A DNA stretch of 64,000 nt, taken from assembly GCA_964016885.1 (NCBI GenBank), contig OZ024743.1:201004001-201068000 (forward strand). The letters run 5' to 3'. The notes under the pieces were generated by a model, which worked only from the letters and a program-made list of their open reading frames with translations, had not been told where the DNA came from and made no database searches. This document shows positions 62,701 through 64,000 of this stretch, piece after piece; within the stretch, counting starts at the first letter, position 1, and every line of letters starts with the position of its first letter. Made by a program: the position numbers and the translations under genes. The DNA is from Eledone cirrhosa (Eukaryota).

Positions 62701-63819
62701 AGTCATTTGGAGAGAATAATCTCAAACAAGATATATTTTTCCTGAAGCTCTCCATAAAGTTGAAGTCTTCAGTTATGTGGCTAAATCTCAGTTATATACA
62801 CATATATAGATACATATACACACTCACACACACACATATATATATCTTACGCTTACAAACAAACTGCTTTCTACTCAATGTGACAAATTAGATATCATTT
62901 CAAAGCGATTAAATCAGGGACCAAACACTTACACTAACCTTAATTAGTCACACTACACTTGATAGTTAAATGATCTGCAGTCATAACAATTTTCTGACTT
63001 AATGGATCCACATTACTATAGTCATGTAAGTTTAGGCTTCCAACAGTCACATCTTATACAAGGACCTTAAATATATATATATATACATATATTATTATTA
63101 TAATTATAATAATAATAATAATAATAACAACAACAACAATAATAATAATAACAACAAACAGAAGTCCTCATATCTTCCAATGTATGTCAAGACTAATGGA
63201 AAGTGTATTTTAATATGATATATGAAATTACTTGCTAAGGGAAATATCATAACATCATATGATATGCGTTATTTCTTAAGTGATAAACTTCTTACAAAAA
63301 CGAAAACTAAGCATGTGAATTATTTGTGTTTCTTCTTAAAGGCTAAAAACTATATATAGGGATAGTTAACGAATCAAGTTTATTGGATTACAGGAATGGA
63401 ATTGTATTGACAATTTTAAATTTTATGCCTGAAAACCAATAGTTATTATAATGTAGACTATAAAAAAATTGTCTTAAATATCAAACTGGAGACATACCAT
63501 GTTGATAATTGATTTTGATAGTAGATTAGAAATATATCAGGCTGTGAATTATTTAGTGAGCCAGGATCAGACAACAAAGACTTGTGAAATATGAGAGTTC
63601 ACAGATGTAACTAAAGAAGGTTAACATTTTTTAAAAGTAATCCCCAAATATTTTGACATTGGTGAGACCAACTGAACTCATGTAGGCATAGCAATACACA
63701 TGAAAATAATTTACACAAAATTGTATACAAATCATTAACAAGAACTTGAGATGTCAAAAGAACTACAAAGCTGGAAAGACAAAGACCGTTGTTGTTGTTG
63801 TTGTCGTCATCATTATCAT

Positions 63820-63970
63820 TAAATCCCACTGAGGTTAACTTTACTTTTCATCCCTCCGAGTTTGATAAAGTAAAGTACTAGTTAAATAGTGGGGGATCAA
63901 TATAATCGACTGTAACCATTCCCCTGCCTCAAAACTTCTCATTTTGTGTCAGCATTAGAAGTTGTTATTA
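63820..63970 (+). mobile_element. S2 SINE fragment (others at about 58520-58680 and 59910-60040)
   Basis: aaatcccactgaggttaactttacttttcatccctccgagtttgataaag. Confidence 0.7.
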
Positions 63971-64000
63971 TTTGGGGGTTTTGCTGTGACAGACAACTTT

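Overview
This is eukaryotic (metazoan), repeat-saturated DNA. The SINE/RTE repertoire and dense (TA)n, (GATA)n and (CAT)n microsatellites are compatible with an octopod cephalopod (inference). No host protein-coding gene can be called with confidence, and most ORFs in the track are microsatellite artefacts. Recognisable content: (i) a 5'-truncated Penelope-like retroelement (RT + GIY-YIG, 772 aa uninterrupted) with a 1.6-kb colinear inverted copy of its 3' part; (ii) a decayed Naiad-like PLE; (iii) four RTE-clade LINE copies with an internal PHD-like finger; (iv) L1/Tx1-like fragments stacked in (GATA)n; (v) tRNA-derived SINEs, piggyBac/pogo/mariner-like MITEs, a hAT fragment and several minisatellites. 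The main signal is a set of about a dozen non-coding fold-back (palindromic) inserts in (TA)n runs. Together with the PLE they carry type I hammerhead ribozyme folds from at least seven unrelated sequence families, with the ribozyme-sense 3' ends pointing outward. They include a family-wide U4A core variant with a full three-stem fold, hairpins whose apex falls in or beside the ribozyme, and inserts that copied neighbouring host DNA. All folds were derived by eye and are untested.
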